Source: Callorhinchus milii
Lineage: Eukaryota
Length of the DNA stretch: 64,000 nucleotides
Assembly: GCF_018977255.1 (NCBI RefSeq)
Contig: NW_024704743.1
Coordinates: 84,384,001 to 84,448,000, forward strand
Direction: 5' to 3'
Under the pieces are notes generated by a model, which had not been told where the DNA came from, did not search any database, and was given only the letters and a program-made list of their open reading frames with translations. This document shows, in pieces, positions 14,151-26,423 of the stretch; position 1 is the first letter of the stretch, and every line of letters begins with the position of its first letter. A program made the position numbers and the translations under genes.

Positions 14151-16597
14151 TTTGCTTTGATATATGGTGAAGTGAACCCTGTAAATTTCACCTCGTCGTT
14201 TATAAAGCTTTACAATGAGGGCTCGAAATTATTGATATGCCAGTGTGCTTTGTGAGAAATTAAATTCCAGTTTTAGCGCATAATGCCCGTAATCAGCAGG
14301 CATCTGTCTCTCATTTTGATTTGCAAACCAGAACTATTTCTATCACTTGCAAATAACAAGAAGCTTTTTCAGCTTCATTACAGATAGATTACTACACAAA
14401 AGATAAGCTTCTGCATCTCAGTCTACACGTTAATGCCATCTGAATACACTACAAATAAATACTTTAAAAAGCTGCTACTTTGAGTACATCTGTCTTTAAT
14501 CAAAAAGCAGCTGATTGCTGCCTTATGATGACATTCTTAATCCATGAGTGTTTTGTTGGCTGTGCTGAGGAGCACATATGAATTAAACTCTTGTGTAAGT
14601 TCAAGATGGATTTTATACATTGTTATCAGTTGGCGGCTGGGTGGGGCTTACTTTCCATGAATAGCGCCCCACAACCGTGGTATTATTAGCATACACACCA
14701 CCAGTATTACTTGTATCTCAAGCACACATAGCCAGGTTTTAGGTGCAAACAGCTCAATGTCTGGGTGCTTGTGTGGTCCCATTACATCAGGGATGCAGAG
14801 CCAATAGGTTATGAATTTAAAGATTCACTCTAGACAACACAAAGAACATCCTGTTTCACCAAGTTTATTACTGAGGTTGAAATAACTGGATGCACAAAGC
14901 AAGGCCCTGTTTAACACAGGTGCTGAATGCTACCATGTGATCCATTAAGAATGTCCACAAAATGCCACCAATAAAAGAACAAATGTCACTGGGTTGGGAA
15001 GGTTTGGATAGGCTTATGTCCCACTAGTGTGCCCCTTCTGAAAACCTCATTGTCCATAATACAAGTCCTAGTGGAACGTACGTACTGTAGCCAGTATTAT
15101 TTCTGCTAGTGCACAAACATTTGCATTAAAGTTTGATTTTTGTGTTTTAATATTTTTTGCATTGGTTGCTATCTTAATTGTTAGTTTTTAAACAGTTTCA
15201 ACAGCTGTCAGCTGCACATAGCATATCTTATCACTGAACATGGTGGATTATGTCTTATGTTCATTGGTAAAAATAGTGAGATATTTCCCTATGCCTTTGT
15301 AATGGGACTTTTCCTGTTAGAAGTACATGCTGAAACATGCAGCAATCAGCTGTTTTAGCTACTGGAGTAGATTACACCATGCTTACCAAGCTAAGGAAAT
15401 GAAGAACAAATTTGACCAAAGTTTAAAACATATTTGCTTTAGGAAGTACAGTAGCAAGAGTCATCAGTGGCTGAACAATATAACAAAAATAACAACAAAT
15501 TCCATTTATATAGCACCTTTCACATTGGGAGAACATCCCAAGGTGCTGGACAATCAAGGGTTTGCATCATGGGATATAGGGGGTAAAATTCAAGCAAAAT
15601 GTAATACAATTACATTCTCCTTTCTTAAGTTGTGAAGTGTAGGTCAGAGCAGGTTTTATAAATTCAGTTGCACAACTGTTCTTAATCTGTGCATTACACT
15701 ATAAACTGTTTTGGAAGTACCCACTAAATACCGAGTCTACCAGGAAAGGCAGAGATTGGCTCTGGCTGATGTTCTTTCAGTCTGTCTACTCAGTCTACAT
15801 CAAAGTGAAGCAACCAATTTGAACGCTAGAATGCGAAAGATTGGAAGTCTGAAGTGCAGTTATCACAAACCGGAGTGCATTCATTGCAATAATTATCATT
15901 GTGACTTCCAGTTTGTGAATAAAAATTCAGGGGAAAATTCATGGACAGCAAATTACAAATCCCAAGTTAGCAAAGTCTAAAAGAAAGGCTGGAGAGCAAA
16001 ATGGGTCTTATAGAACTCTGTACCTGAATTGGCGTAATTTGCATTCCTGCACACCATTATACTTAATATTACACAAGCCCTCCGAGACTCTGCCCCGCGT
16101 GAAGGGTGCTATACATATGCAAGATGTTGTTGTAATATAACACCTTCTCACAGCGTCATAATGTCTCAAAGCTCTTCATAGGAATCATTGTGTATTGGTA
16201 AGCAAAGGGCAAATGGAGCAACCATGAAGTGATATATTGGTTCATGAATTTATCTGCATCTGTTTGCATATATTGGCTGACGGATTCACCTACAAAATGC
16301 ACAACCACTACAAATTACAGTAAATCTTGTGAAGCATTTTGGAATTATCCTCCTGACATGAAAGGCAGTACTGTATATCAAATGTAAGGATTAGTATAAT
16401 TATTAATAATAAAGCAGATATTGTTAGCATAATAAAACAGATGAAAACAAGGATAATTAAACAATAGGTAGCTAACAGTGTATAAAATAAACCCCAAATT
16501 ATCTGAGGTGAGGGCCCAACCTTGCTAAAGTCAACAATAACAACAACAATTTGTATTTATATTGCACCCTTCACGCATATTGCCTCCCAAAGGGATT

Positions 16598-16641
16598 TAT
16601 TTAATTGTTTAAACAAAGTCGTTTGTTTAAACAATTAAATA
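16598..16641. repeat. Perfect 20-bp inverted repeat, 4-nt loop
   Basis: TATTTAATTGTTTAAACAAA-gtcg-TTTGTTTAAACAATTAAATA. Confidence 0.95.
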
Positions 16642-17599
16642 TCCAATTTACATTTTATTTGAACTGGTCAATCCTGTAAAGCATTTAGAGATTGCTTGAA
16701 ATTAGCATTTTCAAATAGCTGGGATATATAAATCGCAACCTCAGCTGTTATGTTGCCATTTCATTTTGAATGTTTTTGATCCTGTGTAATTTTGCCTTAA
16801 GTCGCTTTCCCTCCAGCAAGCTGAGCCACTAAAACTCAAGCCTATGAACGAGGTAAAGGGATCTGTTTTGTGACTCTGTGAGTTACACCCTACAAATGGA
16901 GTCAATCAAGTGGCCAGTGAAAAAATCATTTTCTGACAGAAGTGTCAGTAGCTTCGTCAGGAGTTGATGACAACAAATCTATAGCAGGGGAAAAAACTGA
17001 CAGAGTGGAAAACAAGAGGCTGTGTCACTGATCCCATTTACGTCCTTACCTTTCAGCTGTCTATAACATAATCTCATGCCAATTATTATTCCAAGTGGGG
17101 TAGAAATCATTTTTCAGTCAATAACAAATATGTCATATCGTTGTACAGCTTCAAACCTTAAAGCGAGATAAGCTGATAAAGAAGTTCTGCTGTGGAAGGA
17201 ACTTGCATGATGCATAATTATGTTTCTTTATCATCAGTCATTCAGTTCATGGCTGTTTGGGGGGACACTGCTGTACCCAAATTGGCAGCCGTGATTGCTT
17301 TTGATTACAAAGTCACTACACTTTATAAACTAAATCCATTACAGACACTATATAAAATGCAAGAATTTATATTACTAGTGTTGTTCCATTAAAGCTTGTG
17401 GTGAATTTCTTAGAATTTCTTAGTCTAGTTGACTGTGGCTCTAATGTTAGAGTAGATGAATATGCAAGTAACATAGATTGTTATTTGTTATTTTTATTCA
17501 CTTACTTCCATGGATAGCCCATCTGATCTCATCGCTCCAGAACACAACCAATCAACAACAACAACAAAATTATATTTGTACAGAGCCTTTCACGTAGGG

Positions 17600-18400
17600 A
17601 GGACGTGAATCCTCCCATCACAGCATCCAGTTGCTTTTTAATGAGTCCAGTGTCCTGGTTTCAGTCACTCTTCTTGGAGATCTATTCCAATTGTTAATTA
17701 ACCTCTAGAAAAAGAAAAACGTCCTGATATCTGACCTGAAATTACAACTTTATACTTTGCAACTCTAAACCTCTATTCTGTTGTTCTATTTTCTTGGCTT
17801 ACTTTTTGAATAACATTTAAAATTATATCACCTCTATGAGGCTTGCTCTGAGTTGTCTTTTCTCAAGACTGAAGAGCCTTGGCTTGTCTAGTTGTTACTC
17901 GTAGCTTATTTCTCTAACACTGGGAATCATCCTCATTGCTCTCGGCTGCACTGCCTCCAGGGCCCAGGAACCCCTTATGTTGTGGTTACCAGAACTGTAT
18001 GGAGCACTTCAGATGTGGAGCATTGTACAGCATAAGAATGACTTTGGGGAACTATACTCAACTGATTTAACAATATAGGCCAGTATCGTGTTTGCCTTGT
18101 TTATTGTTGCGTCTCATTCTTTTGATATAATGAACAACGAGTCAACTAAAACTCCTAGATCTCTTTCAGCTTTCCTCTTGGCATGTTATATTCCATCCAT
18201 GGAGTACTTATGTTTCCTAGTTTCACTTTTCTATATGTAGTAGCTTGTATTTATCAACTTAATTTGCTAGTTATCAGCCTATGTGCATACTCTATCAATC
18301 TCTCTTTGCAAGATGTTTGTTGCCTCCTCTGATTCCACAGTTACCCCAACTTGTCATATGCAAATGTAACTACTTTACATTGCAAATCCAAGCCATTAAT
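17600..18400 (-). mobile_element. CR1 LINE ORF2 3' fragment, degraded
   Basis: ctattccaattgttaatta, tctcaagactgaagagcc, gcactgcctccagggcc, accagaactgta: reverse CR1 motifs also present at 21040-21660. Confidence 0.8.
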
Positions 18401-18599
18401 ACAAGAGAATTAATACGCAAATTACACCCCTTTTTCCAGGTCAACAGCCTCCCCTCTTCAGTTAATTCATGTTGATGGTCAATTTATCTCCACCCACCTG
18501 ACATCCACACATGTAATAAAATCCATTTGTTTCAACATAAAAGCAATCATCTTTTCAATATTTTTTAAAAACTCAATTTGCTGATAGTGGATGTGCTTT

Positions 18600-19550
18600 G
18601 CCATAACTACCATAACAAACAGCCCTGAAGTAAATTACTAGTTTTACATGGGGGACTGTTGGCCAGGACACCAGAGTAACTCCCTTTTCAAAAGTACAAT
18701 GGAATCTTGAACAGTCAGGTGGGACCTCAGAGCACTTAATATTGGCCTGGTTTGACGCTGAGCAAGAATGAGAGCGGAGATGACCAAAGGGACAAAGGGA
18801 AGTTTTCAGGTGTGATTTGAAGACAGGTAAAGATGGAAGGATTGAGACGAGGAGATCTAGTGTCACAGTAGCTGAAAGCACAGGCCCCAATGGTGGAGGA
18901 AATGTAGAAGACCCGACCCAGCTGAGTGAAGGAAAGTGGGTAGTGTGAACAAATTAGAGGGTATGAACAGATTGCAGGGGTAAGTAGGTGCCAGGGTGTG
19001 AATTGAGTTCAAAGTGAGAGTGAGGATTTTGAAATTGATCCATTCTGCGATTCCTGGCACAAACTGGGTATGGTGCTCGGTACAGGTGAGACGGACGGGT
19101 GGCAGAGATTTTAATCACTTGGACCTTGTTTATGGATTAGCGAGGAGTGTATTGGAAAAATCGAGGCGGGAGGTGATGAAAACATGAATTACAGTTTCAG
19201 CAGTACTTAAGGATGATCCAAACCGAGCGATGTGACAGAGGTGGAGGAAGGCAGTCCTGATCATGGAACCAATAAAAGGTAGGAAGGACAACTGGGGATC
19301 AAACCTGACATCAAGTTTGTGTACATGTTTGGTGAGCCTGAGGGTAAGGCAGGTGTGAAGACATTGACGGGAGTCAAGGATGGAATGTCTTCCATCTTAT
19401 CCATGTTCAGCTGCAGAAAGCTGGCACTCAAATTCTTAATTCGAAAGATGGCACCTTCAATAATGCAGTGCTCCCCCAGCTTTGCTTAGGAATGTCATCT
19501 TAACTAATATAAATTCAAAGTTTCAATCTGGGGCTTGAATCCATAACCAA
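18600..19550 (-). mobile_element. DeuSINE (18600-18745 and 19440-19550) split by L2 fragment (18750-19430)
   Basis: DeuSINE ggccaggacacc..actcccttt; L2 INFKILTLTLNSIHTLAPTY and FKSHLKTSL; DeuSINE resumes gatggcaccttcaataatgcag. Confidence 0.75.
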
Positions 19551-21044
19551 TTGTGCTAGAACTTCACAGAAACAGGGCCTTCAGATTTTCCAGTTATTCT
19601 TCCACGGAAAGAATAACTCTGCCACTTTTTCCCATCCCGCAGAGCAGACCATTACAATCTAGACGGCTGCAAGAGAAGTGTTTCTGTGTAGCTAGACAGG
19701 AATCTTGTGAAATTATGATGACAATTCAAACCATGGTGTCAGAGACAGAAATCCTGAGCCATTTCACTTACACAATAAATGTTACAAGCTGAGGTTCCCC
19801 AACTTCAATGGAAGGGAACAATTAATTAGACAATGTTTACAAGGTACACCAGATTTTAAAATTTGGCAATAAATCATAAAAATAACATTTTTGTTAATTA
19901 AGCTTTATTGTGGGATATGCAATATGCAGAAATTTGTTTCAAGTCAATAATGTTTGAGACATTTATTGGGGAATTATCTGGGTTCCAGTTACGTCACTTT
20001 GCTCTGTCATTGTAAAATAATGTGTTTAACCCTTTGAGGATTCCAGTGGCATTCCTGTGCCATGTCCACAAAACAATGTAAGATTAAAATGTTTAATTTT
20101 TTTCACTTCGGCTGAGTCCATTGTCTGCTCACGTGTCCAATTAAAAGGGTTACATCTCCCTGAGCTACACAGCTTTCACCATCAGATCATAAAGGGTAGG
20201 CAGCCAAGCTCCTTCAAGGACTTTGCCAGGACACAGTACTGCCTTTCAGTCAGATGTAAAGCAATGTCTATAGCCAAGCTCTGATGATTTGTTCTCTAAT
20301 TCTCCCTTCACCATCTCCCTGTGCCGAAGTCCTTAGCTTCCACTTTGTTTCTCTGATAGCGAGGTTGATGTGGGTACAGGTGTGTTCTGGGAATTGCTCT
20401 ACTGTGTGGTGGAGAGTAGTACTCTGTGACAGTTGATGGTGGACTAGTCAGATCGATGGATTGATTCAATGACTTCTCTCCTCAGCTGTGTCCTATAATG
20501 TAAAATGACAAGATTATTTTGTAGGTGACTAAACATTTACTGTGTGAATCGGTGCAGACTTGATGGGTCAAATGTCCTCCTTCTGTTTCTATGTTTCTAA
20601 AGCTAAACTAAGCTACACTAAGCAACAACTAGTCTATTATTTGTCCCTGAGTCCATTGAGCCACCTCTCCAGTTTAAATCAAGATGTTCTTACTGAAGGT
20701 TGCGTAAGCAGCTGTGGATATGATGTCTCTCTCTATTGCTAAGAAGGACAAATTAACCTAATTTTTTTCAAGATGCCTCGGATGTGCCTTCCAGGTAAAA
20801 GGTTTGTAGGCTCAGAAAAATGATGGCGATTTAGTTGGTGCCAACTGAAGTGCTCTCAGATGAAAATGATTCATTTGTGTGGATATGAAGGATGAAATTC
20901 TGAGCAAAATAATGTGAACACTGTAAGTCATCCATATTGATGATCATACCCTTCAGCACAAAAGTACATATAAAGTATTCCAGTATTATGTACTATTAGT
21001 CTAGGCTATATTGCTAAATCAGTTGATCTTAACTCCCTAGAGGT

Positions 21045-21660
21045 CAGACTCAAGATGTGTAGCGGTCTGGTAACACTTCACCGAGAGCACATTACAGTTC
21101 TGGTCACCATGACGTGAAGAGGCTGCCGAGGCACTAGAGGCAGTGCAGAAGAGAGTAACGATGATGAACCCCAGTGTTAGAGGAATAAGCTATGAGCAAC
21201 GATTAGACAAGTTAGGGCTCTTCAGTCTTGAGAGGACACAACTCTGAGGGAAACTCAAAGAGATGTACAAAATTTTATATGGGATTGAAAAAGAAACCCA
21301 GATCAATACTTTAGGATGCACCCAGACAATAGAATAAGAGGATACATAATAATAATCCTTGAATTTGATATAGTGCATTATCACATTATTGAGATGTCTC
21401 AAAGCACTTCACAGAATATACTTTAAAGTGGATTGACTGTGTATTAATGAGCGACATGGGTTTAGTGTTATAAAAGGCAAATTCAGGATAGATTCCAGTA
21501 ATTTTTTCTTTTCGCAGAGGATAATCAATGATTGGAACAGGTTGCCAAGAAAGGTGATTGAGGCTGTGCTGCGAGAACAATAGTATGTGTAATCTGTGCA
21601 GATGAGATCAGTGGGCCAAAGGGTCTTCTTCATCCAAACCAATCTTGTGATTTTGTAAAT
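21045..21660 (+). mobile_element. CR1 3' fragment interrupted by a reverse SINE tail (21345-21445)
   Basis: cagttctggtcacc (QFWSP), ctagaggcagtgcagaagagag, gggctcttcagtcttgag, tggaacaggttgcca. Confidence 0.85.
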
Positions 21661-22002
21661 AAGGAGCACCGATTTTCTTTGAGAACAGATAGTATTGTAA
21701 CTTGTTCAGGATATATATGATCTCAGCATAATTTTCAGAGCCTGGAGCTTTGGATGAAAAATGTGACATAATAGTTATCACATCACACATTGCATTTTAT
21801 CCCCTGCTTCCTGTTTATTGTGTGTCTCATCTTAACTCTATTTTGTTTGCTGAAAACTGAAATCCATGGCCCAGTAATTCCAATAGCCTCCATGGATGGT
21901 TTCATGCCCAACCGTTGTGATGGAGTGCAGTGAGTGCGGTGAGAAACATTCATGACCTACCTTTAGCTATCAACTGGGCTTATTGAACTTATTTATCAAA
22001 GC

Positions 22003-22415
22003 GTGTCAGCCTGATTCACTTGGCAGCACTATCGCCTCTGGGGCATAAGGTTGTGGATTGCCACACAGAGAAACTTTGTGTTCATAGACTAGAGTGACAC
22101 TCCAGTGCATTGTTGGGGGAGTATTCCATTGTCAGGGGTGTAAAACCGAGGTAAAAATAGAAGTCACTGGGAACACGCAGCAACTATGGAGGGAGGAAAG
22201 TGAGTTAATGTTTCAGATCGATGACCTTTCGTTAGACCAGGTAGAAAGGAGCTCGGCATTAAACCTCGATCCTGTCTACCTGTTCAGGTGGATGTTAAAT
22301 AAATCATGACACTATTCGAAAAGTAAAGGGAGTTTCTCCTGTTGGCCATTCTTGGCCAACAATCTACTCAAGAAAAGTTGTTCATTTGCTTCATGACTCT
22401 TTGTGGGACATTGTA
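22003..22415 (+). mobile_element. DeuSINE with Penelope-like insert
   Basis: gtgtcagcctg..ggcagcactatcgcctctg head; Deu domain broken after taaaaccgaggt, resumes ctgtctacctgttcaggtggatgtt. Confidence 0.8.
22153..22240 (-). mobile_element. Penelope-like terminal fragment with decayed minimal hammerhead core
   Basis: Minus strand CTAACGA-A-AGGTC-ATC-GATCT-GAAAC-ATTAACTCACTTTCC; the same downstream sequence occurs at 22717 and 42447. Confidence 0.65.
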
Positions 22416-22464
22416 TCTCTCAGTATAGCTATGGAATTTATAAGATCATTTTGTGTGGACTTTC

Positions 22465-22775
22465 ATTTTGAAAGAAGAAGGGGGGAGGCAAGGAAGACAA
22501 AGGAGAAAATGGGGCAGAGGACAGGGGATGATGGGTTAAAGAGGTATAAATGATGCAAAATAAAGGGTGGGGGGGATTGCCACAAAACAGAGGAAAAGAC
22601 CTCTAGCCTCAATATTGATTTCAATAATTTCGACCATAACAGATCACCTTCCCCCTTCCACTCTTCTGTGACCATTACCACATCATCTGGGTCCCAGACA
22701 CATCTTCCGAAAAATTGACTCACTTTCCTTTCTTCATAGATGCTGCCTGACCTGCTGAGTGTTCCAAGAAAATTT
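22465..22775. mobile_element. Penelope-like 3' region, apparently inverted configuration
   Basis: ctcaatattgatttcaataatttc (LNIDFNNF, resembles recalled Penelope ORF end), then gactcactttcc..gatgctgcctgacctgctgagtgttcca; upstream purine-rich part looks like a reversed 3' UTR. Confidence 0.55.
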
Positions 22776-22781
22776 ATCAGG

Positions 22782-23790
22782 TCTTCGAGACGTCTCAAAA
22801 CACTTCACAGGATGAGCTGTAAGGTTAAATGGCTATGTATTTTTTTCGGTAAGTGTGGGACACATTTTACACACAGCATTGTTCCATAAACAGTCATGAA
22901 GTGACTGACAACAACAACAACAAATTGCATTTATATAGCACCTTTCACATTGGGAGGATGCACTAAGCCACTGGATAGTCAAAGGGAAGATGACCAAAGC
23001 ACAGTCAAAGAAGAAGGTCTTGAGATGAACCTTGAAGGGTCGAGGGAAAGGTGATGAGGTGGAGTTCCAGAGAGTGGGGGCAGATACGATGAAGGCCTGA
23101 CTGCTGATGGTGGAGCGGACAGGGTAGGTGATGTGAAGCAGGCCAGTGCCTGCTGAGCAGAGGGAGTGGGCAGGTTGGTAGCAATTGAGGTTGCAGAGGT
23201 AGGGTAGGGCAAGACCTTGGAAGGATTTAAAAGTGAGGATGAGGATCTTGAACTCAATCCTCTGGGGGATGGGGAACCAATGGGGTCAGGCCAGGATGCA
23301 GAGTTAGATTTGCTCTTACTGCAGGAGAGGACCAGAGCTGCAGAGTTCTGGATGGTGTGTAGCTTGTGGGGGGAAGAATTGGGAAGTTTGGTAAGCAGAG
23401 AGTTGGTGTAGTCTAGTTTGGATGTGATGATAGCATGGATAAGGGTTTTGGCAGCCCGAGGGTAATGGTGGAGCCAGGCAATGTTATGGAGGTGGGGGAA
23501 AGCTGAACGGGTCAGAGCATGGATGTGGGGTGACCAATTTTATTTGGGGGGTTGTTAGCCAGGACGTCAGGGGAAATGCTCCTCTCTTTTCAAATAGAAC
23601 AATGGAATCTTTAATATCCATCTGAAAAAGCAGATCAGTTTCATATCTCATCCAAGGTATGGCACCTCCAACAATGCAGGACATCCCCAGTACTGCATTG
23701 GAGTGTCAGTTTTACAAGTCCCGGCATGGGGTTTGAACCCACAGCCTTCTAAGTAGAGCGAGAGTGTTGCCAACTGAATCAGATTAACAG
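22782..23790 (-). mobile_element. DeuSINE (22782-22908 and 23530-23790) split by L2 (22909-23530)
   Basis: SINE catgaagtgactgac|(aac)n L2 tail ... L2 body gaggatgaggatcttgaactcaatcctctgggggatgggga ... SINE resumes tgaccaattttatttggggg. Confidence 0.85.
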
Positions 23791-25781
23791 CTAAATTGTA
23801 GGGGCATTCTCTAAGGCACAGAGTTAAGAGTCAATATGAATAGGATGTACGGCCATTAACTGAAAGCTGAATTTGCAATTTGTAGAGCATTTTCTTTTCA
23901 AACTGAGAAGCTATATTAGAGGGTGGGGGGAGGGGGAGAGAAGATGGAAACAATATGTGATGCGACAATTATCTCCGGCGATGATTATCAAAGCCCATAC
24001 TGCTTTTTTTCCTCCATTAATTCAATTTATCTTTAGTGCAATCTAACTCTAAATTGTCAGCAATCATTTATCCAAGATTATAATAACAAAAAAGGGCTTC
24101 CACAGTTGAAAGGATTAAATAGCTCTAAAACTGAATTCATAATTACGGATATTTATTAGATTGTACACACCGAGTTAAACCACTGCCACTGTTTAATTCT
24201 GATTGCTTCCTGATTATTCTTTCTACATTACACCTAAGTACATTCTATGATCTAGAATTACTATAGTCCCATTTCTGGCTCTGCATGTTGCAGGTGATCT
24301 TTTCAACTGTAAAATGAAGTCATCAGAGCACAGCATGAGAATGTATTAGCCACAGTTAGATAAAGGAGCCCTCAGTGAGGCGTACACAGTGTGAATTGGT
24401 GAAATAATGTCTGTACAAATTGTTTTTGGTACGTTAAGTACCTGTTACTTTATTTCACAGATGAGAAACAATAACACAGACGCCAGGAATGTAACCAGCA
24501 GAACATTTCAGAGCTAGCCTTCTTCATGCTAACTGATTTCACACAGAATTTTTATTCCCAGTCATTTTCGCAGTTTGACAAAAGCGGTATATGATGATAA
24601 ATGTTAAATTAGTGTGTCAGCCGTCAACGAAATGCAAAGAGGAAAATGATCTAGTATTCTTGAATAGTCTATCTATAAGTACCATACAGTCTCAACAATT
24701 TTCTGGGGAGGGTGTCTTCTTCATTCCATCTGATTATGTCTAGTGAAAGATAGTAAAATCTCTTTATAAGTCATTCCACTGAAACCTTAAGGACATTTGT
24801 GGACTTTATAGAGATTTTGAATGAGATACCCTCTGGTGGAGCAGGCACAATAGCCTGTGTGGCTTATTCTTGTTCCAAATTGTACCAAACAGAAGGGACA
24901 GATCAACGCAATCCCAACCAAATTAGAATCAAATTCAGAACAAATCTGAACCACTAAAAGTGATATCCTCTAGTTGAATGGATAGTATTAAGATCACCAT
25001 TGCCTTTTTGTTATAAAAATACAAACAGGAGCCTAATCAATCAATGCCCAAGATTTTGGCTGAGTTTTGCCAACCCACTCACCCTTCATTCAGACTGATC
25101 TATGCCAAATAAAGCAATTCAACTGAAGTTCCCAGTTTTTTCTGTGTACCATTAAGTAACAGAGTTATTGCCCTATCTGAATTCCTTTAATTCATTAAAT
25201 TTGACTACCTCATTTTATGATGTCACAGTAATCCACGCACCACAACTGCAGAGAGACAAATGTAGAGATTTTGACTTTAAGAAATTCATCTGACATTAAC
25301 AGAAAGGTTTAACAGTACATTGCAGTTTTTGCCTTTACTCTTCATATCCAACATATTTTGTTGCCACTTAAGATGAACAAAGCTTCAGGAGAAATACAAC
25401 AATAGCAATGTGGTGTTCAAATCATTCCCGAGTCTGATGTTATAATCTTTGCGCTGGGTATCGAATAGAATCTGCAAAGGATAGAGGTTACTAGCACCAC
25501 AGTAACAATCCTTACTTTTGATGCAGTCAGTGTTTTCTTGATACCATGGAGACTACACTTATAGACTTATAGTTTGGATGGTGTTGTGCTGGCACTATAA
25601 CACTAAATTGTTCTTGATGAAATGATTGACCATTGAAATAAAGCTGGCCACTATTTTTACTCATCCAGATAATACACTACAACAATAATCCTGAAGGAAT
25701 TGGCCATTGTCCTCCCAGGATTCTGAGTGATCATCCAATCTCTTTAGAGGGAAATGACATCTTCAGCAACATTGAATTGGG

Positions 25782-26009
25782 TTAACCACCCATGTACAAT
25801 ATTTGCAGGTTGGGTTAACTTTGTGTAAACGTATGCGTACACAGGGAATTATAGATGCTCATAATCAAAAGGAGCCCGGGTGCTTCTGAAAACCTTTACA
25901 TCAGTTGTTAAGAACATAATTAAGGGCATGTATATGAGTTTGCACATGGTTAATCCAACCGGCAAATTAGAGAATTTGCACTATTATAATGTGGGCGAGT
26001 GTGGGTTAA
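25782..26009. mobile_element. Palindromic MITE-like element, TTAA-bounded
   Basis: Arms 25801-25830 atttgcaggttgggttaactttgtgtaaac and 25938-25967 (reverse complement atttgccggttggattaaccatgtgcaaac); ends ttaacc...ggttaa. Confidence 0.55.
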
Positions 26010-26020
26010 GTGATAGCAGC

Positions 26021-26423
26021 AAATAATAATTATCTTTACATTTGATATAGCACCTTTCACGTGAGGAGGATGTCTTTAAAGGGCTTTAAGGGATATACTG
26101 TAAACTGTTGTGATTGTATTTTGTAGGTGAATGCAGCAACCAGTTTGTGCACAGCAATGTCCCATAAACAGCCATGTTGTAAATGCCCAATTTTTATTTG
26201 GGGGTTTGTTGGCAAGGACACCGGGAGAAACTCCTTTCTCTTTTTTGAATAGTGCCTTGGGATCCTTAACATCCACCGGAATAGGCAGTTTAGTTTAATG
26301 TTTCATCCAAAGGACAGTGACTCTGACAATACAGCACACCCCCAGCATTTGGAGTATCAGGCTAGGCTTGAACCCCGCACTGACTCAGTGCTGAGAGTGC
26401 TACTTACTGAGCCAGGCTGACAC
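26021..26423 (-). mobile_element. DeuSINE, near full length
   Basis: Minus strand begins gtgtcagcctggctcagtaagtagcactctc; complete Deu domain; tail aaatgtaaagataattattatt. Confidence 0.9.
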
